Assembly: GCA_024626585.2 (NCBI GenBank)
Contig: JANKJI020000002.1
Location: forward strand, 28,814,507 to 28,831,847
DNA length: 17,341 nucleotides
Origin: Ginkgo biloba
Lineage: Eukaryota > Plantae > Ginkgophyta
Reading direction: 5' to 3'
Shown here one piece after another: positions 1-10,379 of this stretch. The notes under the pieces are model-generated. The model was not told where the DNA came from. It saw nothing but the letters and a program-made list of their open reading frames with translations, and searched no databases. Position 1 is the stretch's first letter, and each line of letters starts with the position of its first letter. A program made the translations under genes and the position numbers.

Positions 1-1550
1 CCTATCTAATTTAATATATTTATAGGGTAACATAGACTATATAACCTCCCAACCACCTCAATAATACTTTTGAGGCCTATCCTTGTCATTGACCCTTCAA
101 ATAGAATTCAAACTGCCAATTAAATCATAATTTCCCTATCAACTACAATAAACTATGGAGGGAATCCATTTATAATATCCCAAAATTTTCCTTGTTGATG
201 TTAACATATTCACTCTAGGAACACCTTATCTTCATTATATTCTAACAATATTTGAGATATTCTATCTCCATGATATGTTTATATCACGTGCAAAAAAAAT
301 ATAAGATATATTCATAGGAAGATTTAGATAGGAATTTTTTTATATTTATGTTAGTAGCATCACCTAATTACTATCCTCTCTATCATTAATGGATCATAAT
401 AGATCCTATTAAATCCAATATCAATATCAAATCCACATTTATATCCCATCTAGATGTTGGTACAACTACATCTTAATACCACACTAGAATGATATATTCC
501 ATCTAAGCACACCTCAAATTCTTTATTTTACAAATCCATTTTTAAAATTATGTATTTAGGCCATCAATATCCCTTTTATTTCATCTATTAGGGGGCATTC
601 TTTTATTATAAAAAATTGGCACCTTAATTCAAGAAATTATTTAGTCTAGAGGCCCATAACCTAATCTAAATTTAACTAAAGTAAATAAAACCAAGGTTAA
701 AGTTAGTTCTAAGTTTAAAATATATGATATAAATATTTAAATTAAAATTACAAAAAATAAATATCCTCAAATTCATTAACAAAGATGCCTCTTATTTATC
801 CTAGTAGTAACCACCTATCCCTTCCTCATCATAAGGGATAATATCCTATCTAATGTATATACCAAAAATATTTATCCTATCCATGAGGTAAGAATATAAT
901 ATTACTTAGAAGCATCCAAACCATATATACAAGGCCCTATAACCAAGTTATAAGAAAGATACTTCTCTAAGGAAATTATACCACTCTATCACCTTAGATA
1001 TGCATATTTTCTCAAGGAAACTATACTAAACCCACCTTGGGACATAAATATTATTTGGGAATACTTTGAAATTACCTATCCTAAAGAAAATAGTATGAAT
1101 TAGGATAAAATTTTATCAAAATATTTTCATAAATAACAATATAAATAGGTGGGGAATTGAGAATGCTATACCATTAATAATAGGGATCATTTTCATTCTA
1201 ACCTCTTTTATTTTTCCATTCTTACTTACATTATTTATAGTTAAACTAATACACCTTAACTTCATATGTATGTCATGTATTCTTTAATTTTGAGCATATC
1301 ATGTATAAATTTGATTTATATAATATTTATCCTTTGGTTTTTTATTTCATTTCAATTTATTGTTAGTTATATGCTTTTATTTTAAAAACACACATGAACT
1401 TACACACACCTCAAAGGTATCTTATGGTTTTGGAATGGTACCTCCACGTATGAGGGCACAGTCATACATTAACCTATGTGAAGGGAAGTGGCTCTTGCCG
1501 CATTGATATAACTACCATTATAGCTTGAAGGTGGGGAGAACACAAATATG

Positions 1551-1818
1551 CATTTCGCGCATTGCAATCAATTGTTTGCAGAAGCTCTTCCTCTTCCAAT
1601 TTCAAAAGAGGATAGAACCCTACACAACATTCCTAATCTCCTTAGAAATTCTACATCTAGTACAAAATATAGAAAAATTGATCTATCCCTCCAACAACCG
1701 AAGTCTATGATATGGAACCTTGAATATGTAATCACTTTGCAGTACAACAATTTCTGCATATCATTTATGCGGATTGCAATCTATTATTCCCGAAGCTCTT
1801 CCTCTTCTGATTTTAAAA
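1551..1818. repeat. Imperfect direct repeat of about 57 bp (1551-1607 and 1762-1818)
   Basis: catttcgcgcattgcaatcaattgtttgcagaagctcttcctcttccaatttcaaaa versus catttatgcggattgcaatctattattcccgaagctcttcctcttctgattttaaaa. An identical 16-mer gaagctcttcctcttc sits at 1581 and 1792, 211 bp apart. Confidence 0.8.
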
Positions 1819-3887
1819 AATAAATCGATCAAAGAAAAATAATTCTTATGAAACAAAACTCTTATTGGCAAGTGGCATGAAATCATGAATGAAACAAAAA
1901 AAATTATTGCACAACAATCAGTAGTGGCCAAATATAAATTCAAGGGCACATACTTATTGCACATATCATTGTGAATTGGTTGGTTAATATTATTATAAAT
2001 TCCAGCATATTTCCACTATGTTGGAACTATTTATGGTACAAGTTACTGCCATTTTTCCCATAATATTGATGTGATGCTTTCCTAAAANNNNNNNNNNNNN
2101 NNNNNNNNNNNNAATCTTGGATTTATTTTATTCTTTTAATAAAAGTTTTCACAATATGAAAATAAAAATTAATAGAATATACTCTACAACATATAGCATT
2201 GAAAATAAATGCTAATAAAATTTATAGAAACAGATCAAATGTCTAATGATACTAAAACTTGGGAGAAATCTAATTCTTACAAACATAATTTTTTTTAATT
2301 GGTTGCATAGTAAGAAAACTAATTGAATAGTGAAAACTATAAGCCCTGCCTATGGCAGAAACTAAACTTTACATATACACCCCACAACAAAATGAGATGT
2401 AAATAAAACAATTGATTCTAACATAATGTTTTGTTAACGTGCAACAATGACACTTGCCATCTTTTTCATAAAAGCCCACAATAACATTAACATTGTATAT
2501 AGTGATAAGACAATAATGGTGATAGATGATTTGTTGGCACAACAATTCTTGAAGAAGACAACAATAGGGATTGATGCATCAATCAAACTAAAACTATTAC
2601 TTTTTTACAAATTATATGATCATTGTACACTTCTGCTCGAAAATGAGATGATGCTCATTTTTATCTAACTAAAGTTTATTATGCAACAATTGCTTACCCC
2701 CCATTGAGTTGTTATACTGTTTACAGGATCATAAATAAGTGACGTCTACAATGGGCCACTTGCCTTCTCTAGATAAACATCACTATGAAATTTTTGTACC
2801 AAGAAGATAAGCATAGCAAGATTTTACTTAGAATTGGATCAATTAAAATTCTCTCAAAACACTATTCAGACATCATGCATTTGACTTTTAGGCTTGTTGA
2901 AGGAGAGATGAATTGGGCAACTAAATGGTGCCAAGTACCTGAATCAAGGCAAATATCATATAGATTCTTAGTCACCTATTCCTGCTATTTTTGAACAATC
3001 ACAAGTTTCCTTAGAATTTGCAAGAAACATGGAATTTACTTAGAATAAGATTCATTCCTAGAACATTTCGACGAGCCCGATTCTCCTCAACTGATTGATT
3101 ATACCATCAGAATACTGTATCTTGAATGTCATTATAATAGTACTACATAGATTCAAATCACTTCTTTTATTAGAGATATTGTAAGCTCCCTATTGTACTT
3201 TCTAAATAATGAATTAGGATCAACTATCCTTTCCCCACCATGGTCATTGATATAATGACTTAGTAATAGAACTGTGGATAAACAACATCTTTTGGGCTAT
3301 GCCATACAAATTATGTAAGGATGTGTGTGCTAAATGTGAATTTCTAAAAATAAATTAATAAAATGGAACTTCACACTTTTAACTTCAACAATTAATAAAT
3401 AAAATTTACTATTTTCCTTTATTTTACATAAGAGAAAAGGGAGAATCATATATCACAAACATAAATAAACATGAATCAAACTTTCTCATCACATCTGGGC
3501 CTAATAAATTATTTAATACACCACTAAAAGTAGTTTATGAAAATGTTAACCTTTCCCTAATGAGAACTCTAAAAGTCTTAAGGAGAAATAAACAACAAAN
3601 NNNNNNNNNNNNNNNNNNNNNNNNNNNNNNNNNNNNNNNNNNNNNNNNNNNNNNNNNNNNNNNNNNNNNNNNNNNNNNNNNNNNNNNNNNNNNNNNNNNG
3701 TACACATGCGTATACACAGGTTATTTTGAAATGTATGCAAACATAATAATTTTGGATTTACCAGCCAAAGCTGTAACAAAGCATGAATGGGTGGAGTTCA
3801 TTTTAATCCGCCAAAAGGTAGGTTTGGTTTGTATAACAATGTATTAAATTAATTTTACAGTTAGTACTAAGAAATGAGTACGTTTAC

Positions 3888-3970
3888 CACTGCTTCTACA
3901 AAAGGTGAATTAANNNNNNNNNNNNNNNNNNNNNNNNNNNNNNNNNNNNNNNNNNNNNNNNNNCCTTGAT
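3888..3970 (-). CDS. maf: Maf internal exon IK...LNSPFVEAV spanning the N-gap at 3914-3963
   Basis: Acceptor tttggatccAG|ATC AAG G at 3970. After the gap the sequence reads (n)TT AAT TCA CCT TTT GTA GAA GCA GTG|GTaaac, with the donor at 3887. The nominal 83 nt fits the roughly 27-aa I.EG...HPL..PFVEAV segment. Confidence 0.8.
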
Positions 3971-4099
3971 CTGGATCCAAAGATAAGTTTCCATTTGTTC
4001 ACTAGAAGGTTGTAAGTACAAAAGAGCATTTGAATAGCTAGCTAATAATATCTAATCATTTTGGGCTGCAATCAAGGGATTAAAAGGTGTTGAGCTTAC

Positions 4100-4141
4100 C
4101 AGACTTTCAATTACATCATCAGGAATCGCATGAAAGTAGAT
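4100..4141 (-). CDS. maf: Maf internal exon IYFHAIPDDVIESL (42 nt, phase 0/0)
   Basis: The minus strand reads gtttgctcAG|ATC TAC TTT CAT GCG ATT CCT GAT GAT GTA ATT GAA AGT CTG|GTaagc, with a canonical acceptor and donor. The upstream intron is 4142-4347 and the downstream intron is 3971-4099. Confidence 0.88.
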
Positions 4142-4347
4142 CTGAGCAAACAAAACTAATTTGAAGTGAAGAAAGACATAATTTCTAGAGAATGGACAAA
4201 AGCAAATTTACAAGCAAAGGACCAGGGCCCAACGCAATTTTAATGACTTCTGCAAATGACCAATAAATGACATGCAATCTCGATGACTTCCAATAAAACA
4301 AATACAGATTTTTCATTAAGTGAACTACATCTTGCGAAAACATATAC

Positions 4348-4605
4348 CTCAGTTTTGTCCCATCCTCCTTTCTTCATCCCTGTCTTGAGATTCGTCACCA
4401 ATACAGATCCTACAGTGCTTGCAGGGGATCTCGAATAACTTGATCTGCAGTTATATATGGATTCTAAGCTTATTTCACCGTTGTTGATATTTACAAGCTT
4501 TGACATAATGTCCTCTGCTTTCGCTTCAACTAAAGCCATAGCTTTCTCATCAATATCTTTGCCCATTCTTTCACGGGGAGGGCTTCTTCCTCTACTTGAC
4601 ACCAT
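4348..4605 (-). CDS. maf: First (fused) exon of the chimeric Maf ORF: about 16-aa non-Maf leader MVSSRGRSPPRERMGK plus Maf segment from DIDEKA to GWDKTE
   Basis: ATG at 4605 opens a frame that stays open to GAG|GTATAT, a donor at 4347. Maf similarity starts at about 4557 (GAT ATT GAT GAG AAA). The ORF track's 121-aa ORF reads on into the intron after TE. Confidence 0.75.
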
Positions 4606-5577
4606 ATGGAAATTTTAATAACAAATATCTTTCCATAGCCATCTTTCCCTCATAATCAGGTATCAATATTAGAGGAACAAAATAATAATTATGGGTTTGG
4701 AGATGGATATGTAGGGTTTTCAAGAAATCACATAACAATTTTTTCACCACTTTATGGGGCTTACTAGGCCTACATGCATGCAACACATTCACTTGCTAAA
4801 AGAACATTCTTAGATTCACATAAAACCTTACATCTTTAAAAAATTTGAAGCTCAATAAGTACAGGGATAAAAAAATATTTAACTAAGATTCAAAACACAA
4901 GCCCATTCAATAGCTTCACATATTCATAATTTCAAAATTTTTGACAAACTACCCAAATAAAAAACCATGGCTTCAAACTTGAATCTTCAAACAACATTGC
5001 ACCACAGACATAAACTTCAACCAACTCTTAACTAAGCTCTGATACCACTTTGAAGGAACATCAGAGTGCATAGCTAAACACATGCATCTAAACTCCTAAC
5101 AATAAACACAGGATAATGAATCAAGTATAGTAAACATCTATGAGTTAGTAGTTCTCAATGCAACCATAAGAATGAGCAAAGTAATATGATTCATTCACAT
5201 GCTTGTTTTGCTTAGAAGTAATTAGAAGTAAATACGATGATAGCTAATTATATAGTTAAAGGCTTAATTGTGCAATGCTAATTGGGGGATAATTGGGAGG
5301 AGGGTGATTGGAACAAGGGGCATTGAAAATAGGAATAAGGTCCCAAACTCAATTCATTGCATGAGGAGAAATAATTTTTTAAATAGGAAATAAAAGGTTC
5401 AAGTTTTGATTTATATCTAGTTATATATTCTATCCACATTTGCAGTTTGTCTATGTAGGCATACATGAAGGACTGCTTTTGTATGCTTGCATTATAAAAA
5501 CATTAGCCTATAAAATACTCTACATTCAACCCACCACTTTATGAAGAAATAGAAACAGGAATCTTTTGATCTTATGA
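4559..5577 (-). mobile_element. 5' portion of an LTR retrotransposon: LTR 3' end at 5051, PBS and about 480-bp leader; distal LTR boundary uncertain (candidate TG at 5524, or in the gap from 5578)
   Basis: An LTR-terminal CA at 5052-5051 is followed by the PBS. No gag/pol motifs or second LTR copy were recognised, so the superfamily cannot be assigned. Confidence 0.65.
5036..5047 (-). promoter_or_regulatory. LTR-retrotransposon primer-binding site complementary to the 3' end of tRNA-iMet
   Basis: Plus-strand gctctgatacca equals TGGTATCAGAGC on the minus strand, the canonical plant PBS. It follows ...gttccttCA plus a 3-nt spacer (aag), the expected geometry after a 5' LTR. Confidence 0.88.
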
Positions 5578-6403
5578 NNNNNNNNNNNNNNNNNNNNNNN
5601 NNNNNNNNNNNNNNNNNNNNNNNNNNNNNNNNNNNNNNNNNNNNNNNNNNNNNNNNNNNNNNNNNNNNNNNNNNNNNNNNNNNNNNNNNNNNNNNNNNNN
5701 NNNNNNNNNNNNNNNNNNNNNNNNNNNNNNNNNNNNNNNNNNNNNNNNNNNNNNNNNNNNNNNNNNNNNNNNNNNNNNNNNNNNNNNNNNNNNNNNNNNN
5801 NNNNNNNNNNNNNNNNNNNNNNNNNNNNNNNNNNNNNNNNNNNNNNNNNNNNNNNNNNNNNNNNNNNNNNNNNNNNNNNNNNNNNNNNNNNNNNNNNNNN
5901 NNNNNNNNNNNNNNNNNNNNNNNNNNNNNNNNNNNNNNNNNNNNNNNNNNNNNNNNNNNNNNNNNNNNNNNNNNNNNNNNNNNNNNNNNNNNNNNNNNNN
6001 NNNNNNNNNNNNNNNNNNNNNNNNNNNNNNNNNNNNNNNNNNNNNNNNNNNNNNNNNNNNNNNNNNNNNNNNNNNNNNNNNNNNNNNNNNNNNNNNNNNN
6101 NNNNNNNNNNNNNNNNNNNNNNNNNNNNNNNNNNNNNNNNNNNNNNNNNNNNNNNNNNNNNNNNNNNNNNNNNNNNNNNNNNNNNNNNNNNNNNNNNNNN
6201 NNNNNNNNNNNNNNNNNNNNNNNNNNNNNNNNNNNNNNNNNNNNNNNNNNNNNNNNNNNNNNNNNNNNNNNNNNNNNNNNNNNNNNNNNNNNNNNNNNNN
6301 NNNNNNNNNNNNNNNNNNNNNNNNNNNNNNNNNNNNNNNNNNNNNNNNNNNNNNNNNNNNNNNNNNNNNNNNNNNNNNNNNNNNNNNNNNNNNNNNNNNN
6401 NNN
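5578..6403. other. Largest assembly gap (826 N); one of 15 N-runs in the window
   Basis: Run of N characters. The long poly-X ORFs in the track come from it. Confidence 0.99.
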
Positions 6404-7626
6404 TACCAAATCCCATCCGCACTCCCATTTCCTGGGAACTTAGTTGTTAAATACACCCTATTGTCCTAGATGACAAGGACTTTAATGGGTTCAATGAACC
6501 AACCCACCCTCTATTACAAATTAGGAATCGGCTTTGTTGGTAACCCAAAAAAAGGCCTAAAAATGAAGAAAGGGCACTTCAGAGGATCAAGAACCCTATA
6601 AAAACACAGAAAATCATGATTCTGAAAGTACAGCTTCCACAAGTGCCAATTCAAAGTCATCTATTGGAGTATAAGCTTGGAGGGCCATTTTAGGCCAGCA
6701 AATGTCACATTTGGTCTACAAAACTGTGCCCATTGTGTGGGGCATCTTGTGCTGATTCAAACAAGCAGTTGTACAACCCGTTTTGGACTCTTGAAGAGNN
6801 NNNNNNNNNNNNNNNNNTTGGCATCATTCCAATCACATTGGCACTGCATAGAGGTCTGAGGACTGCAAGTCAAAAGGTGCCACATGATAGAGGGAGCTCT
6901 TACGATGTAATACATGTGGAACGTCGACCCTGGGAAAATGTGAGCCTTGTTCCAATGACCCCTGACACATCAGGGGTCAACAAAACATCAAAAAGCATGT
7001 TGGCTCAATAGGAGCCGATACACCTCGATAAAGTCAATGAGACCTCATTAATGCATCCGTTCATTTTGTCCAAAAGAGAAACGTAACCCTGTTGGAGAAA
7101 ATTCCACCCTTGACTGCAATATGATATATATTAGCCTTACACTTGCCGTTTTGGGGTCTGTGGAGGTATGTACTTAAGGTGCAAAGGTACCGTACAGGAA
7201 TGGGCCCGTGGTCAAGGCTAATTTCAGCCAAAAAGAGAACAGAACAGCCTGCAGTTCAGACATAGACGAGACAGTACTGCTGCTGCCATTACTGCTTAAA
7301 ATGACAGCAGACGAGAAGTTGAATTTACAGTGGAAAACCAATCTTGCAGAGGGATTTGGTAGGGCCTTGTGATAGCTCCTACAAGAGGTATTTATATATT
7401 TCCTTTTGCTGTCCTTTCGCTTCATTTAAGACGTGTTATTCCATCAATGCTGCCTACTATTGTAGAAATATCAGTGTATACTTACTGATTTTAATCATTA
7501 ATTGTTGGGATTTGACCCCCTCGGTTCCCAGAGTTTGTTATTACTACGTGACTGTTAAAACGTGTTTATCTGCATGTTTTGTGAAATGTAAGCACGTTAG
7601 ATGACTGGAAATTATTTATACACTGC

Positions 7627-7685
7627 TGAAATGTGCAAGTANNNNNNNNNNNNNNNNNNNTATAAACCATGACTTGCACATTTCA
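7627..7685. repeat. Perfect 14-bp inverted repeat flanking a short N-gap
   Basis: tgaaatgtgcaagt (7627-7640) is the reverse complement of acttgcacatttca (7672-7685). Confidence 0.8.
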
Positions 7686-10379
7686 AACTGATGAAACCCC
7701 AACTTAACAAACCCTGAACTCTAAGTTAGAGGGTGAAGGGCATGTAGCAAGAGCAATAGGCATTGTGAGGACAAGACATGTGTGCTCATAAGACAATATT
7801 GAATGTTCAAGATAAGTCATATTGCTGTGTTACATTCTGGTCGCCAGTTTACAGCATAACCAACTGGGTTGGTATGGATGCTAGTATGATGACTTGCTTG
7901 CTTTTGCAACAAGATGTTTTATGTAGCAACTAAGTAAATCCTTCATTAGCCACTTGGGCTGGCAGCAACGAAGTGAGGAATGGCTAATCATCAAACCTGT
8001 TAGGAGAATTGTTACCTTATTGTAAGGGGAGGTAACCAGTAAAAGTACGTTGGAGCCAGTTACCTTGAGCTTGAAAGGGGGTTTAAGACCCATCTGCACT
8101 ATTGTGCATTGGCATTGTTGGATGCCACCAGATGTTGACAAAGTATGGTTGTGGAGTGAAATCCAAAATATTAGAGGTACAAATGTTGATAGGGAACCTC
8201 GGTATGAAAGAGGACCATGTCTTACAACAATGTTTGGCAGGCAACAATCAGCAAAAGACTACGGGAGTTGTCGCCAAGGCCAACAACAAAGGAGTAGCAC
8301 CTATTACGTAACAGCCCGCCTCTAAACCTGCATGTTGACAATGTTAAAAAATGACAATAATCACGGCAATATAGAGACATACATACATATTCATCTATGC
8401 AATGATAACGATATCAATTACAATCATAATGAGTAATGATAGACATTCACATGTATGCAAATATTTATTTATGATAATTTTATGGTAACGTTAAACAGGA
8501 AGTAGGTATATGCAAAGTTTCAAAAGATGGACTATTAGTACTAAGGCCAACTTGCAACAATGTCTTTAGCCTCTGTTGGTGACCGTGGGGACCACCCATA
8601 TGGGCTTACTACATTGGCAGCCAAATCTTTGACAACAAACCTTGCTTACCATCAATGCCTAGAAGTTGTCAACGATCTACTAGACTCACTCTTCAATCCC
8701 GACACTTGTAAAGGTGCTAGGTTTGTTTCAACCTCTCTTCAACACTAGTATTATCCTAGGAGCTAAGAATATCCTAGTATTATATTAATTTTTGGTATGG
8801 TCAACAAACCATGTGACCACAGCAANNNNNNNNNNNNNNNNNNNNNNNNNNNNNNNNNNNNNNNNNNNNNNNNNNNNNNNNNNNNNNNNNNNNNNNNNNN
8901 NNNNNNNNNNNNNNNNNNNNNNNNNGTGGGTTTCCTACATCAATAAATGATATCATGCACCATAGGAACAATCAATAGGCATATATGCATCAAAATGACC
9001 CCTCAATTAGAACCACCCTACTCTATATGAGTTGTTCATGTATAATTAGGGTTTTAGCCTATTTATATTCATTTGAACTACATTTAGAATTCTGGCTCAT
9101 ACTGTTTATATTAACTTATCCTACAGAGAATTTACATTCATTTACAATAATCTGAATTTTTGCAAAAAAAAATGGGGTTTCTAAATACTTACAAAAGAAA
9201 GGGACTTACCTAAATGAAATGCGTCATTTGAAGGTGCAAAAATAACTTGTGGATGAAATCATCCTGCTTCCAAGCCTGTATGTGGAGTACTCTAAAAATA
9301 AAACCCTAATTTGGGTCAAAATTGCTCCAAATGTCCTAGAAGCCCTGTGTCACCTTTGCCAGCCAATTGGAGCTATAAAATGGAAATACTTTGAATAAAC
9401 CCTCTAGGGTAAGACGTCACCCTCCAAAGTTAGCGCCTTGCTACTCAAATGTTAAAAAGAGGACAAGACGAACGTCACCTCCATAGCTCAATAGTGCAAA
9501 AAATGGAAGCCCAGATGACAATGCCTAANNNNNNNNNNNNNNNNNNNNNNNNNNNNAGATTAGCGCCCAAGCGAGAAGATTGAAACCAATCCCAAAACAT
9601 TGCTCAAGCCCTTACAAGCCTTGAATATATAGAAAAATGCAGTTGAATACCTCCATAGAAAGGCTAGACTTAATCTCGATGATGTTCTAACACCAAACAC
9701 TCTCCTATGGCCCCATTTGCCAAGTGTTGTCACTTTATTAGAGGTGCCCTACACTAGCTTAACCCTAGGGCCTTACTTTGCTTGCCTTACTCTATCCTCA
9801 ATACCTCTCGTCGAGGTGTAATCAAAAGTTATAATACATGTGTGTCAGCTTCATTATAAAACTTGCATTGTTTCCCACTTTTAAAGTTGCAATTACCCTA
9901 AATTTGCTCAATTGTAACATACTACCTATCATTAGCTCTAGTAACTAACAAAACCTACACCTAAATCCATTAGGACACCTAACATTATACCTTGAAACAC
10001 TAATGAGTACGGTCCTAATGTTTAAGGAGTGTTGTTCAATTCTTATACTACACAGGGTGCAAGTTCATATCTATTACAATGGCATCAAAGTTGAGTTATT
10101 AGTTATATTCAACAAGATCTCACCAGACTAATTGCAAGCCCTGTAANNNNNNNNNNNNNNNNNNNNNNNNNNNNNNNNNNNNNNNNNNNNNNNNNNNNNN
10201 NNNNNNNNNNNNNNNNNNNNNNNNNNNNNNNNNNNNNNNNNNNNNNCCTATTTACAATAAATTCACATGTAAACATTACAAACAAATAATTAATTCTAAC
10301 ACTAACTTGACTTAACTTAAAGTACAACTCAAAGCACAATTAGAAAGCCAAGTGACATGTGGCGAACATTAATTATCCA

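Larger units (their letters stand above)
3888..4605 (-). pseudogene. maf: Maf-like NTP pyrophosphatase (Maf/YhdE/YceF family) partially processed gene copy, N-terminally truncated and fused to a non-Maf leader
   Basis: The spliced translation is ...DIDEKA-MALVEAKAEDIMSKL...YSRSPASTVGSVLVTNLKTGMKKGGWDKTE | IYFHAIPDDVIESL | IK(gap)LNSPFVEAV. It follows the plant Maf consensus as I recall it (DIDEK..MALAEAKA..I.SKL..ITADQ..GYS...STVGSVLVTNLKTG.RKGGWD..EIYFH.IPD.VI..LI.EG..PFVE.V). The N-terminal LGSSS..R motif, the IRKEKPEELV-type stretch and the VVV..IREKP..EEAR.FIK block are missing, and ITADQ is out of frame. Confidence 0.9.

Noticed and set aside
1-1160. CpG-poor region resembling a decayed retroelement, ending in a PPT-like aggtggggaattg
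   Set aside because: I could not recover any convincing protein motif in any frame.
2569-2584. 16-bp palindrome gattgatgcatcaatc (a similar one lies at 14370-14385)
   Set aside because: Isolated, and roughly expected by chance at this composition.
3762-3770. Possible 9-nt micro-exon (tacAG|CTTTGGCTG|GTaaat) in the last Maf intron
   Set aside because: LWL has no counterpart in the Maf sequences I know, and the AG/GT spacing can easily arise by chance.
4240-4347. C-terminal part of the 121-aa ORF (VYVFARC...)
   Set aside because: Read-through into an intron. A GT donor lies at 4347 and Maf similarity continues at 4141.
6404-6442. Possible MITE terminus (...cctgggaacttag) at the gap edge
   Set aside because: The partner terminus would lie in the gap, so it cannot be verified.
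5492-6456. Four ORFs of about 290-305 aa in the track
   Set aside because: They consist almost entirely of X from the N-gap and are artefacts.
6535-7709. Candidate solo LTR (tgttgg...ttaaca)
   Set aside because: The flanking 5-mers differ (ggctt versus aaccc), no PBS or PPT is adjacent, and there is no second copy. It is probably TE-derived but cannot be supported.
9600-9614. Exact 15-nt inverted match to 16358-16372
   Set aside because: The match does not extend on either side, which is compatible with chance in an AT-rich 17-kb window.
8520-10050. LTR/UTR-like sequence with telo-box motifs (9046-9054, 9301-9309) and a short acgtcacc(c)tcca repeat
   Set aside because: No diagnostic termini, PBS, PPT or coding motifs. 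Short motifs alone are insufficient.
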